Shown here one piece after another: positions 9,187-19,117 of a stretch of 64,000 nucleotides of DNA. The translations under genes and the position numbers were made by a program. Below the pieces are notes generated by a model. The model was given only the letters and a program-made list of their open reading frames with translations. It searched no databases and had not been told where the DNA came from. The DNA comes from Candidatus Eiseniibacteriota bacterium. GTDB lineage: Bacteria > Eisenbacteria > RBG-16-71-46 > CAIMUX01 > VGJL01. The DNA is taken from positions 64,001 to 128,000 of the forward strand of contig CAWBWI010000006.1 of the NCBI GenBank assembly GCA_963792585.1, given 5' to 3'. The number at the start of each line of letters is the position of its first letter. Position 1 is the stretch's first letter.

Positions 9187-10583
9187 TGTGCGCCCGTCCC
9201 CCCACTCGTCCTCGATCGAAAGTCATCCGCCGCAATCCCCAACCTCGTGAGTAGCTCGTGCAGGCTCGGTCGGGAAATGCCAAGAATCTCCGCCGCCTTC
9301 GAGATGTTCCCGCCCGTACTCCGTAACGCTTGCGTGACCGTCTGACGGTCTGCATCCTCGCGGGCCTCTCGCAAGGAGGTGTTCTTCGTTGGCCTCACCT
9401 GATCCAGTTCAAGGTCCGATGGCTCGATCAGCCGACTCGTCGACATCACCACCGCCTTCTGGACCCGATGTTCCAGTTCCCTCACATTCCCGGGCCATGC
9501 GTAGTTCCGGAGCGCCAACTTCGTGGCCGGAGTAAAGGCCAATCGCGCGCGCTGCATCTCCGCCGAGAATCGATCCAGGAAGTACTGGGCCAGGAACAGG
9601 ATGTCCTCATGCCGATCCCGAAGGGGTGGGATCTTCAGGTTCACGACCGAAAGTCGGTAGTAGAGATCCTGGCGGAATCGCCCCTGGCTCACCTCGTGAT
9701 CCAGATCGCGGCTCGTCGCCGCAACGATCCGGACATCGAGATTGATGACGCTCCGGCCACCGACCCGCTCGATCTCGTGCTCCTGGAGGAAGCGCAGCAG
9801 CTTGACCTGGAGGGACACGGGCAACTCCCCCACCTCGTCGAGGAAGACAGTCCCTTTCTCCGCCAACTCGAGTCGGCCCGCCCGCGAGACGTGCGCCCCG
9901 GTGAAGGCCCCTTTCTCATGACCGAAGAGCTCGCTTTCCAGCAGGTTCTCAGGGATCGCGCCGCAGTTGATGTTCACGAACGGTTTGGTGGCCCTTCTGC
10001 TGAGCCTGCGGATCTCCTTCGCGACGAGCTCTTTCCCGGTCCCGCTTTCCCCGAGGATCAGGATCGCGACGTCCGTCGGCGCAACCCGTTCTAGGTTCCG
10101 GAAGAGCGTTCGCATGGGAGGGCACTGACCCACCATGGAACCGAGACGCCGTTCATCGCCAAGGGTCCGCAGGAGATCGGCGTTCTGTCGCTCCCGGCGT
10201 CCCATGGCCAGCACACGGCGGAGAAGCATCTTCAGTTCCTTGACATCGACCGGCTTGCTGAAGAAGTCGGCCGCCCCATTCTCCACCGCCCGCAAGGCAT
10301 TCGATTCCTCGTCGTTGCCGGTGACAAGAACAACCTTCATGAACGGGTCAAACCCGACACACTTCTCGAGAAGCGCAAAACCCGACTCTGGATTGTTGTC
10401 CTTCAGGGCCAGGTCGAGGGTCACGAGGTCGGGATGGTCTTCCTGGATTCTCCGCCAGCCCTCGCCAGGCTCATTGGCCGTCGTGACGCGGTACTCCTTG
10501 CCCAGGGCAAGGCTCAGCTGGCTCGTGATGATGGGATCATCATCGACAACCAGGAGCTTCGGTACGCCCGCGACTTCAGACAC
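9183..10583 (-). CDS. prsR: sigma54-dependent response regulator (PEP-CTERM PrsR type)
   Basis: Receiver LLVVDDD/VTLDLAL, GESGTGKE, ESELFGHEKGAFTGA, WPGNVRELE, Fis HTH; likely GTG start at 10583 just after the prsK stop. Confidence 0.88.
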   Translation of the reverse strand: MSEVAGVPKLLVVDDDPIITSQLSLALGKEYRVTTANEPGEGWRRIQEDHPDLVTLDLALKDNNPESGFALLEKCVGFDPFMKVVLVTGNDEESNALRAVENGAADFFSKPVDVKELKMLLRRVLAMGRRERQNADLLRTLGDERRLGSMVGQCPPMRTLFRNLERVAPTDVAILILGESGTGKELVAKEIRRLSRRATKPFVNINCGAIPENLLESELFGHEKGAFTGAHVSRAGRLELAEKGTVFLDEVGELPVSLQVKLLRFLQEHEIERVGGRSVINLDVRIVAATSRDLDHEVSQGRFRQDLYYRLSVVNLKIPPLRDRHEDILFLAQYFLDRFSAEMQRARLAFTPATKLALRNYAWPGNVRELEHRVQKAVVMSTSRLIEPSDLELDQVRPTKNTSLREAREDADRQTVTQALRSTGGNISKAAEILGISRPSLHELLTRLGIAADDFRSRTSGGTGAQ

Positions 10584-10591
10584 GAGAGTTC

Positions 10592-12757
10592 TCAACGCTT
10601 CTCCCCTTGCCGAACGAGTTTCCCGTTCTCCTCCGTCATGGCGTTTCCGTTTTCGGCGACCAACACGACCTCGAACGTCGCACCTTTCCCGAGCTCGGAC
10701 CGGACCCGAAGCTCCCCACCGTGGTTCCGCACGATCGAGCGACACTGGTAAAGCCCAAGGCCGAGACCTTTCCGTTTGGTCGTGGCGAATGGACGGAAAA
10801 GACGCTCCCTCAGGAAGTCCTCGGAGATCCCCTGCCCGGCATCGACGACGAAGATGCGGACCTGGCCCGTGCCGTTGGATTGAAGATCCTGCGTCCCGAC
10901 TGATATCGGTCCCTTCCCGTCGGTGGCTTCGACGGCGTTCTGCAGCAGGTTCTGGAGAACTCGGCGAAGCATGTCCCTATCGCCTCGGGTCCGGTGCGTC
11001 GCCTGGAGCGCGATGTCTACGGGGATCCCGCCAGTCCGCAGAATGGTCATCTCGCCCAGAACCTCCTGGACCAGCTCGTTCGGGCAGAGCGACTCCATCT
11101 GAGAACGGGGATTCTGCCGGAGTTCCGACAACCTGTGGACGAGGTTCTCCATCCTGTCGGCGACTTGGTCGATGTCTCGGGCACACGAGGCCACGAGCTC
11201 GGGCTCATCCGCGTTTTCGACCAGGTTTGCCGCAGCGATCCGAAGGGGAGCCATGTGGTTCTTGAGATCGTGAAGCAGCATGCTGCTCCACTGCGAGATC
11301 AGCTCGACCTCGCGACTCTCCGTCAGCTCACGAATTAGATGCGCCGAACGGAGACTCGCCGCGATGTGGGAAGCGATGCTATCCAGGAGCGCCACGTCCT
11401 CGAATGTGAACGGATCGTGATCGTCCCCACGCTCCAGGCCGATCGTCCCCACCAGTTCCCCACCATCGAGGAGGGGGGCGATCAACTGACTGGCCGTTGC
11501 ATCGAGCCAACGATCGTTCTCGGCGTAGATCGGGATGTAGGTGAGATCGCTGGGTTTCCGATCGAGCAAGAGCGCACTCCGGCTTCCCTCGAGCACCCTG
11601 TGCAGCGGGGAATCCAACTCCAGCGTTTCCGAGGAAGGCTGTGCCCCCTTCCCACGACGAGGGCGGATCCCCCCGCCAATCCTGTCCCGTAGAGCAATCG
11701 TATAGTCATCCGCAACAAAGGCATCGACCAGAAGCGGAACGACCCGGTCCAGGACGCTGTTCTCATCCATCGCTTCCCGCAGGGACTGGGTAAGGCTGGA
11801 CCACTGGGACCGGTAGTCGTAGCGGTTGACATAGAAGTTCCTATCGATGTAGCGGCGGACACTGCGCTGGAAGCGGCTCGAGAAGAGCAAGAGGCCGCCG
11901 ATCAGCGCAACGAGGAACACCGCGGCCACGACCAGGATCTCGTCCGGCGACCAGTGCGTCCACGAAGCGACCTGGGCGGCCGCTCCAATGGCCAATACGA
12001 ACAAGGCGGCGGCCAGAGCGGTGAAGGACGAATAGACGACATTCCGGGAGACCGGTGTCTTGACGTCGACGAGCGCTCCCCGCAAGTAACCATGCCCGAC
12101 CGCGACGCTGCAGAACGTCATCGGGAGAGCGCAGGCAACCAGCTTCCCCAAGCCCATCGATGAGTAGAGCATCCCCAGCGAAAGCACGCAGGTCGTGTAG
12201 GCAAGGACAGCAAACAACCCCGCTATGGGAAGGCGCAGACGATAGCGGGACTCGGTGGGCAGGATCCGGTAGGTCTTCTCCAGGTTGTAGCCGATTCCGA
12301 TGATCCCGATCAGGAGATAGCACACATACGTCTTGCCCAGAAGTCCCAGATGGACCGCTCCCCGGCCGTCGGACCAGTCGTAACGAACGATGAAGGACGG
12401 CTGCCGGATCAGGGCCAGAAGGCCGACGCCCACAAGCCCAAGCAGGATGAAGGTCCGTCTGGAGTACCGAAGAGACTGCTGGGGATCCTCCCGACCAAAC
12501 GACTGGGAAAATAGATAGGCCGAGAGCAGAAGAGGGAGGGTCGAGACGATCAGGAGATAGACCCAGGCGTTCGGTTGAGGGGTGCGGCCGATCGCGAAGA
12601 CCTTCAAGACCAACCCGAGATAGAGGCATGCCGAGGCGGCCGTCAGCAGGGTCGCAACAACCACGAGGCGATGCGACTGCCCCCGCATCAGGACGGCGAT
12701 GACCGGGACGATCGTCGCGACCATCGCGACGATCAGGATCAACTCCTGGAATCTCAT
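10592..12757 (-). CDS. prsK: membrane histidine kinase with GAF domain (PEP-CTERM PrsK type)
   Basis: Multi-TM N-terminus, RNFYVNRYDYRSQW, LLHDLKN H-box, NLLQNAVEA, LFRPFATTKRKGLGLGLYQC. Confidence 0.88.
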   Translation of the reverse strand: MRFQELILIVAMVATIVPVIAVLMRGQSHRLVVVATLLTAASACLYLGLVLKVFAIGRTPQPNAWVYLLIVSTLPLLLSAYLFSQSFGREDPQQSLRYSRRTFILLGLVGVGLLALIRQPSFIVRYDWSDGRGAVHLGLLGKTYVCYLLIGIIGIGYNLEKTYRILPTESRYRLRLPIAGLFAVLAYTTCVLSLGMLYSSMGLGKLVACALPMTFCSVAVGHGYLRGALVDVKTPVSRNVVYSSFTALAAALFVLAIGAAAQVASWTHWSPDEILVVAAVFLVALIGGLLLFSSRFQRSVRRYIDRNFYVNRYDYRSQWSSLTQSLREAMDENSVLDRVVPLLVDAFVADDYTIALRDRIGGGIRPRRGKGAQPSSETLELDSPLHRVLEGSRSALLLDRKPSDLTYIPIYAENDRWLDATASQLIAPLLDGGELVGTIGLERGDDHDPFTFEDVALLDSIASHIAASLRSAHLIRELTESREVELISQWSSMLLHDLKNHMAPLRIAAANLVENADEPELVASCARDIDQVADRMENLVHRLSELRQNPRSQMESLCPNELVQEVLGEMTILRTGGIPVDIALQATHRTRGDRDMLRRVLQNLLQNAVEATDGKGPISVGTQDLQSNGTGQVRIFVVDAGQGISEDFLRERLFRPFATTKRKGLGLGLYQCRSIVRNHGGELRVRSELGKGATFEVVLVAENGNAMTEENGKLVRQGEKR

Positions 12758-14268
12758 GGCGCGGGGGCCTCGCGAAGTTGCCGCGCCTGATCCGACGCCC
12801 ACTTCCCGACGTCCGCATTCTTGTAAACTTCACTCATGCGATCGAGGATCCCTGCGGCGCGTTGGGAGTCCGAGAGATCATTCCGCGCCATCGCGGCCGC
12901 AGCAGCGAACCAGTTGGCGCCTTGTTGCGTTCCGGACATGTCTTCACCCAGCTTGACCATCTCGGTGACCGCGGCATCGTAGTTCTTCTGCAGGACAAGG
13001 GTTCGGGCAAGTCCCTGCCGCGCCTGAATCGTGAAGCGACTTGGCGGGTAGCGTTCGATGAAGTCCCGGTAGTGAGACTCGGCGTCCGCCGTAGCGGTCT
13101 TGGCCTCCGTCTCATTGCCGGATCGGGCATAATGCCCCACAATATCCAGCGGCGCCGCCAAGGCTGCGTCGCTGAGGGGGTGCTGGGCGGTCAAGGTCCT
13201 GAATGTCTCCAGTGCCTCCGGCCAGCGATTGCGGCTGTCCAGTAACCGGGCCCGAACCCCGAGGGCCTGCGAAACTAGATCCTCGTCATCCTTGTATTCC
13301 TGAGCGATTTGATCGAGGTAGCCGATGGATTCGTCAATCCGATCCTGCTCATTCGCGTTCGCGGCCAGCGCCAGGAGAGCCCGCGGGGCAAGCTTGCTCT
13401 TGGGGAAGTCGTGCACCAATGTCGCCAGGGTCGCGCGGATCGACTCCGGATCGGCACCCCCGTGGATCATCATCTCCGATCTCGCGAAGATCACCGGTGC
13501 GGGGTCACGCGGCGGCTTGTCGTAACCTCTGAGCTGCATCTCGAGGTCCCGCAGGATCCGCACTCCCTTCGACCACTCGCCCCGATCGGAAGCAACCTCC
13601 GCGCGGAATCTATCCGCTTCGAGTTGGAGGATCTCGCCCCTATGTGTGTCAGCAATCCTTCTGTAACGCGCATCCGCCTTGTCGTATGCGGCAGTCGCCG
13701 AGACGGCATCCCGAGACATCGCCCGAAGCCTTGCGATACGAAGGGGAAGTCCGAGCACAGCACCCGGAACACCGGGCTGCGTTGGATCCGGTTCCACCCT
13801 GTCAAGAACCCTCTCGTACAAGTCCACGGCCTCGGCGTAGCGCCCCTTCTTCTCGGCGATGTCGCCCTGAGCCATCGCGATCTCCCCCGCGACGGCCGGC
13901 AGATCCGTGAAGTTCGAGGCCATGTCCCGGTAGATCGCGTCGACCTTGACCGAGTCGCGAATGCCTCCGCGTATCCGGGCGGCGGCGAAGAGGGCTCGAG
14001 CCGCCATGGTCCGCATCTGCTGCCCGGCGGCGCCGCCGGTCTGTTTCTTCTCCGTGGCCCCATACTTCAGCCCGATCTGCTCGTAGTCGCCGGCAAGCGC
14101 GGCCCAGTTGGCGTCGGCCACGTCCTGAGGACGGATGGAAAGGTCGCGATAGGACCGATTCGCGCGATAGAAGTCACGCTCCGCCAGATAGAGCCGGCCG
14201 GCATTGCGGTCCACGCCGCATGAGGTCGCCGCAAGCAGGAGCACGAGGATCAGGAGGAGCGTTCTCAT
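12754..14268 (-). CDS. TPR-repeat lipoprotein (PrsT-like position)
   Basis: ATG 14268 with GGAGG; lipobox AATSC; helical repeats with YP/FP-x-S turns; coupled to prsK. Confidence 0.82.
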   Translation of the reverse strand: MRTLLLILVLLLAATSCGVDRNAGRLYLAERDFYRANRSYRDLSIRPQDVADANWAALAGDYEQIGLKYGATEKKQTGGAAGQQMRTMAARALFAAARIRGGIRDSVKVDAIYRDMASNFTDLPAVAGEIAMAQGDIAEKKGRYAEAVDLYERVLDRVEPDPTQPGVPGAVLGLPLRIARLRAMSRDAVSATAAYDKADARYRRIADTHRGEILQLEADRFRAEVASDRGEWSKGVRILRDLEMQLRGYDKPPRDPAPVIFARSEMMIHGGADPESIRATLATLVHDFPKSKLAPRALLALAANANEQDRIDESIGYLDQIAQEYKDDEDLVSQALGVRARLLDSRNRWPEALETFRTLTAQHPLSDAALAAPLDIVGHYARSGNETEAKTATADAESHYRDFIERYPPSRFTIQARQGLARTLVLQKNYDAAVTEMVKLGEDMSGTQQGANWFAAAAAMARNDLSDSQRAAGILDRMSEVYKNADVGKWASDQARQLREAPAP

Positions 14269-15098
14269 TTCGATCCCTCCACCCGCCACACGAACAAGCG
14301 CGTCGCCGCTCCGACCACCAGAAACACCAGAACCATCTGAACCACAACCTGTGCGCCAAGGAGGGTCCCGACCATCTCCGGCTTGAACTTGTTCATGATC
14401 AGATCCGTCCGTCCGTATGCATAGGAAATCGGGAAGATGAGAACCACGGGGATCGCCACTACCAACATCGTGGGGAGGAAGGTTTTCATCGTGACACGGA
14501 CAGAATCCCGGACTGCCGAGAAGAGCCCTCGGCCCATGAGGACAATCCAGGCCGTGGCATAGACAAGTAGACCTTGGATGAGGATCGAGAGCCCCATCAG
14601 GGCTGCCCGCTGCCCCCATCGGATCAGCCCGTTCTCGAGAACGAGCCTCCCGGGAATCAGACTCATCAATCCGCCCGCCCCTACCTGCAGAAGGGTCTCC
14701 AGGAGGGAGGCGCCGATGAGCAGAGGAGCGCACCTCCAAGCCCAGCTCCAGGTCCGGTCACCAGCCTTGGACTTGAACCCGAATGCCCTGGCGAAGAGAA
14801 GGGTTCCGGCGCCGCACGCGATCGATGCGAGAAGCACATTGATGACCAGGTTGCCCTTTTCGAACATGCTGGGCAGGGCAAAGTACAGAACCGGATAGTG
14901 GGCGGCGTCCCTACCCGCAAGAAGCCCGATAAGCCGCAATGCCACGGGCAAGAAGAAAGGGGAATAGAAAAGTACCAGGAGCAAGAGAAGTGCGGCTTGG
15001 GCCGCACCGATGGTCAGAAACGGATTCCACTGCGAGGGTCGGAAGAAGAGTGCAAGCGGTCCCCGCAGGGCCCACCCCGCAACGTTCAACGGATTCAC
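14265..15098 (-). CDS. multi-pass membrane protein, unknown function
   Basis: 277-aa ORF with about 6 hydrophobic segments; stop overlaps the TPR lipoprotein start (ATGA). Confidence 0.8.
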   Translation of the reverse strand: MNPLNVAGWALRGPLALFFRPSQWNPFLTIGAAQAALLLLLVLFYSPFFLPVALRLIGLLAGRDAAHYPVLYFALPSMFEKGNLVINVLLASIACGAGTLLFARAFGFKSKAGDRTWSWAWRCAPLLIGASLLETLLQVGAGGLMSLIPGRLVLENGLIRWGQRAALMGLSILIQGLLVYATAWIVLMGRGLFSAVRDSVRVTMKTFLPTMLVVAIPVVLIFPISYAYGRTDLIMNKFKPEMVGTLLGAQVVVQMVLVFLVVGAATRLFVWRVEGSK

Positions 15099-15120
15099 AG
15101 TAGCCCCCCCTGTGTACCGG

Positions 15121-15204
15121 TGTCCTTCAGACCGACAGTTCTAGCCCCGCGCTAGCGGCTCCAGTGTTCTGAAATGGGGACAGGTAGTGTCCGTTGATCC
15201 GACA
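15121..15204. promoter_or_regulatory. two copies of the TGTC-N7-CCGACA box upstream of the prs/EPS-export operon
   Basis: TGTCCTTCAGACCGACA (15121-15137) and TGTCCGTTGATCCGACA (15188-15204). Confidence 0.6.
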
Positions 15205-15593
15205 GGTCGCCACCAGAGACAATCGTGGCCCTCGTCGAATTCATGACCGGAACATTTTCCTTGGTTGCCCCCACTGCGCAGGATCGCTGTTTCTGTCGGC
15301 TGATCGTGCTGGCTTCAAGCTGAACGGTACGAGTCTGCAGGTTATTGCCGAATGGCCAGCGTTCTCAGCGAACGTGAGTATTCTACAAGGCCGCTGGTTC
15401 GCCGTCAAGCCAATGGCGCGGGTCCAAAGACGTATGTCGAAACGAGTGGTGGTTCCGAGGGGATGCGGATGCTTGAACAAATCAGATATGCAGGAAGGGG
15501 GCCTCTATAGCTGCTCGCTTTGGTGACCCACGGAGATCGCTGCCGCAATGGCACCTGCTTGTCCGCTCCGAGGCGGTCCGTCGGCGTCTCCGC

Positions 15594-16457
15594 TTAAAGG
15601 AGTCCCAGATCCGCCAGCACGGCCGCCAGCGGTCGATAGGCACTCAGGGAGAGCAGGCTGGCCAGCCTTTGCTGGCTCCTGGCCAGGTTGTGGTAGTGGG
15701 TCCAGCGCGTTCGGAGACGCACAGGAAACCTCGGCTGATCAGGGTCGAGCTCCCATGGATGGACGCTCAGGAGGGTGGGCTTCCCCTCCCGAGTGAGCTT
15801 CCGCAGCGCCCATTTCTGCCAGGCGAACGGCAGGAGCCTCAGATAGGCCCCCCCAGTCGCCGGGACGTTCACGGGGCCAACACGGAGCGTGGTCAGAGGG
15901 AACTCCACGATGCCCTTGGATCCGTCCATCGTGATCCTGTGCGGCCACCGACAGGCGTGGGGCATTCCGTATCGCCTCCGGGCGATCGGGTAGATGCTCG
16001 AGTCGTAGCGGTAACCCTCCTCGACCAGAATCGGAAGGGCCCACAGCGTTCGGGCCATGATCGTGTAGGAAGGGGCCCGGTACCCAATGACCTCCTGCCC
16101 GGAGAGACTCTGCAGGAGGGACCGAGCGCGACGGACATCTTGCCGGAAAGCCTCCGGCTCTTGTCGATAGATCAACTCGTGATCGAAGCCATGGGAGGCA
16201 ATCTCGTGCCCGCAGGCGGCAATTCTTTGCACCAACTCGGGGTGGCGCTGCGCAACGCAGCCGAGGACGAAAAATGTCCCCTTCGTCCCCGAGACATCCA
16301 TGATCTCCAACAGCCGATTGGTGTTTGCCGTGAGCCGGTCGGGGAACCCGTCCCATTGGGTCCTCGGGCAGTGTGGCCGAAGGGCTTCTACCTGATAGTA
16401 GTCTTCCAGATCCACGGAGAATGCGGCCAGGGACGCAGCCGCGGAAGGGACAGTCAT
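15594..16457 (-). CDS. polysaccharide deacetylase, PEP-CTERM-locus subfamily (DUF3473 type)
   Basis: FSVDLEDYYQV, GHEIASHG, GYRAPSY, YDSSIYP, GGAYLRLLP, HPWELDPDQP. Confidence 0.92.
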   Translation of the reverse strand: MTVPSAAASLAAFSVDLEDYYQVEALRPHCPRTQWDGFPDRLTANTNRLLEIMDVSGTKGTFFVLGCVAQRHPELVQRIAACGHEIASHGFDHELIYRQEPEAFRQDVRRARSLLQSLSGQEVIGYRAPSYTIMARTLWALPILVEEGYRYDSSIYPIARRRYGMPHACRWPHRITMDGSKGIVEFPLTTLRVGPVNVPATGGAYLRLLPFAWQKWALRKLTREGKPTLLSVHPWELDPDQPRFPVRLRTRWTHYHNLARSQQRLASLLSLSAYRPLAAVLADLGLL

Positions 16458-17080
16458 TTTAGCCCCGCCGTTGCGAGAACCTGGGTAAGAGGACCATCGA
16501 GAAGGGAGATAAGATCACGCATCCTAGTCGAATCCGACTGGGACGCGTTGTACCTGACCAGGGCGGCATTGGTCGGCCTGCCCCGGAGCCCCTGTTTGAC
16601 AAGGTCCCACTTGAGTCCGTATTCGTCGCCAATGACCCCTCCTTGGGTACGGATCCAGTAGAGGACCTCTTGAGTCTGGTCCCTTCGGCGAACGACCATG
16701 CGTGTGACGTTGCGATCCTCATCCGTCATCCTCAGCCGAGTCTCTTCGACGGACGCGACATTCCAGCCCCCGCCGGGTATGCAGTTCTTCGGCGAATGGA
16801 TCTGCTTGTCGACCTTCTGCTGAGAGAAGTAGGCGACGAAGAGCCTGACCTCGGCCCCATTTTTCTCTCGATACCGCCGACGCAGGGTCGCGTCGGGTCG
16901 TAGGATGTCGTCCGTCCTATCGGTGACGACGACATCTTCGCCGGTCCAGTCTCCGATGGACCGCGTGAGCTCCCCCAACCGTGGCGCCGGACCGGCCTCG
17001 GCTCGGGCTAATCGAAGCTTGGTCGCGTAGGCCCCGGAGAGCGCGACGATAAGGATGGCGATCGTCCACCGGATGCGCAT
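16454..17080 (-). CDS. epsI: EpsI family exosortase-associated protein
   Basis: IGDWTG, LFVAYF..Q, IHSPKNCIPGGGW, VLYW; directly downstream of the exosortase. Confidence 0.9.
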   Translation of the reverse strand: MRIRWTIAILIVALSGAYATKLRLARAEAGPAPRLGELTRSIGDWTGEDVVVTDRTDDILRPDATLRRRYREKNGAEVRLFVAYFSQQKVDKQIHSPKNCIPGGGWNVASVEETRLRMTDEDRNVTRMVVRRRDQTQEVLYWIRTQGGVIGDEYGLKWDLVKQGLRGRPTNAALVRYNASQSDSTRMRDLISLLDGPLTQVLATAGLK

Positions 17081-17919
17081 AGACCCCCTGCTGCCTTCTT
17101 TAGGAGCATGAAGAACCCTAGGCTGACCCCAAATACTACGAGGCCGAAGAGCTCGTGGGCCGTCCCTTTCGTAGCCTGGGGTCCCACCAGCCAGGCCCCG
17201 AGGCCGCTACCAAAAACCCGCAATGCATTCCCCGCAATAGCCAGAGGAATCGTCATGAGAAAGAGACCGATCCGTCCCCAGAGCGCTATAGGCGTCGCAT
17301 TCGCGACCAACGCCCCAACCGCGAGGAAGGCATAGAGCGACCGAATGCCGCTGCATGCCTCAGCCACCTCAAGGCTGGTTTCGGGAAGATGGATGATGTT
17401 GCCCTGACCAACAGCCGGGATTCCGACCGTTCGCAACCCCACGAGGGCGCACTTGGCCGCGAAGGCCTGCATCGGAGCCGTGAGGCCATAGTAGATGACA
17501 TACGGCAGCGGGATCGCCAGCAACAGGAACGCGAGTGGGAAGCCCACGATCCGAAGGTGGCGCCACCCGTAGAGGAACAAGACAAGGGAAGTCAGAAGGA
17601 CAACCAAGCTCACGCGCTGGGTGAAGACCTCTGCACCGGCGGTTCCAACTGCTAGCATGGCTCCAGCGAACAATACACCTAGACATCCTGCAAGGACGGG
17701 TTGTGGAGCGAGGCCCTTGATTCTGTCCCGCTTCTGCCAGACTAAGTATCCAGCAACAAGCGGAATCAGAAACCCATGCCGATAGTTTGCATCTCTAATC
17801 CAGTCCCGGACAAGGTCACGAAGGACAGGGAGATAGGTTGCGGTCAATACGGCGACTAGTACCAGCTTCGCCAAGCTAAAGGGAGTCAGCCTCATGCCCT
17901 TTCTCATCATCCCGATCAT
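17008..17919 (-). CDS. exosortase (EpsH/Xrt family)
   Basis: YRHGFLIP, LAIPLP, catalytic VAEACSGIRS, GNALRV, HELFG; about 8 TM segments. Confidence 0.95.
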   Translation of the reverse strand: MIGMMRKGMRLTPFSLAKLVLVAVLTATYLPVLRDLVRDWIRDANYRHGFLIPLVAGYLVWQKRDRIKGLAPQPVLAGCLGVLFAGAMLAVGTAGAEVFTQRVSLVVLLTSLVLFLYGWRHLRIVGFPLAFLLLAIPLPYVIYYGLTAPMQAFAAKCALVGLRTVGIPAVGQGNIIHLPETSLEVAEACSGIRSLYAFLAVGALVANATPIALWGRIGLFLMTIPLAIAGNALRVFGSGLGAWLVGPQATKGTAHELFGLVVFGVSLGFFMLLKKAAGGLCASGGRSPSLSSRSPGPTRPSFD

Positions 17920-17948
17920 CGATCGCACCCCGTCAGTCGGACGGGATT

Positions 17949-19088
17949 CTAGCATGCCACGCGGGAGAACCGAACAGATTGTGCGGCGGCATAGACCTCA
18001 AGGTAGTCGTCGACCATTCGCGTCAACGTGTAACGGTCCCGTTGCTCGCGGGCAGCAGTGGCCCCCAGACGGCGCGCCAAATCTTGGCCTCCGGCGAGAC
18101 GCGCAAGGGCCTGAGCGAGGCCGCCGACGTCCCCGACATCCACAAGCAGGCCGGTCTCGTTGTGGCGCAGCACCTCGGCTAGCCCGCCGACGCGCGAAGC
18201 CACAATCGGGATCCCAAGGGACATGGCCTCCAGCAGCACATAGGGCAGCCCCTCGTGCACGGAGGGCATCAGCAGGACATCCAAGTGAGCGAGCCAGTCG
18301 AGAACGTCACGCTGAAAGCCATGGAAGCGGACCCGGTCGCCGATGCCCAGAGTCTCCGCCTCTTTCCGCAGGGATTCCTGCTGAGGTCCAGAACCGATGA
18401 TGTCCAGGCGCACACCGCCGGGTGCGGCGCTAGAGGCAAGTGCCTGCAGCGCGAAGGGGATGCCCTTGACCTTGGAGACCCGACCTACGACTCCTGCATG
18501 AAAGAAACCAGGCTCGAGACCTGGCGGCCGTGGACGTCCCTCCCGTGCAAGCGGTGGGATGCCGTTGCGGATCACGCGTCGATCGAGGCCCATATGGGTG
18601 TGCTCAGAGCGCTGCATGATGTCGGTGGTGACGTAGCACACGTGTGCTTGAAGGCGCTGTGTTGCCCAGGTATCGAGGGCATGGTTGAGGCGGGATTTGG
18701 CGCGTCCCACCAGCGACCCCCCGGGTTCCGGGAGGCCGTGCTCCGTCTTGACGACAGCCACGCTGAGCCGGGAACCCGCCACGGCAGCTGTGACCGTCGC
18801 TCGATAGCCGTGCACGTGCAGGACTCGGCTGCCATGTCCCTCGACGAGATCAGCTAACCGCCGTGCAGCACCAGGGTCGTAACGGTAGCCCGCATGGAGG
18901 ACGACTGGCTTGAGGCCTGCCCCACGGAGCCGCGCGGCCAGTTCACGGTCATGGAACAGGATGGGGAGGATGTCGATGCCATTCTCTCGGAGACTCGTGC
19001 AGAGACCTAGGATCTGGGTTTCAACCCCGCCGAACAACTCCCCGGGCGAGAGAACCGAGACCGGCATGCAAAGCGTTGGTGACCTCAT
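17949..19088 (-). CDS. GT4 glycosyltransferase
   Basis: GGVETQ, VGRVSKVKG, PSVHEGLPYVLLEAM, ASRVGGLAEV. Confidence 0.92.
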   Translation of the reverse strand: MRSPTLCMPVSVLSPGELFGGVETQILGLCTSLRENGIDILPILFHDRELAARLRGAGLKPVVLHAGYRYDPGAARRLADLVEGHGSRVLHVHGYRATVTAAVAGSRLSVAVVKTEHGLPEPGGSLVGRAKSRLNHALDTWATQRLQAHVCYVTTDIMQRSEHTHMGLDRRVIRNGIPPLAREGRPRPPGLEPGFFHAGVVGRVSKVKGIPFALQALASSAAPGGVRLDIIGSGPQQESLRKEAETLGIGDRVRFHGFQRDVLDWLAHLDVLLMPSVHEGLPYVLLEAMSLGIPIVASRVGGLAEVLRHNETGLLVDVGDVGGLAQALARLAGGQDLARRLGATAAREQRDRYTLTRMVDDYLEVYAAAQSVRFSRVAC

Positions 19089-19117
19089 TCAGGATGCCTC
19101 TCGGTATGATTGCATCG

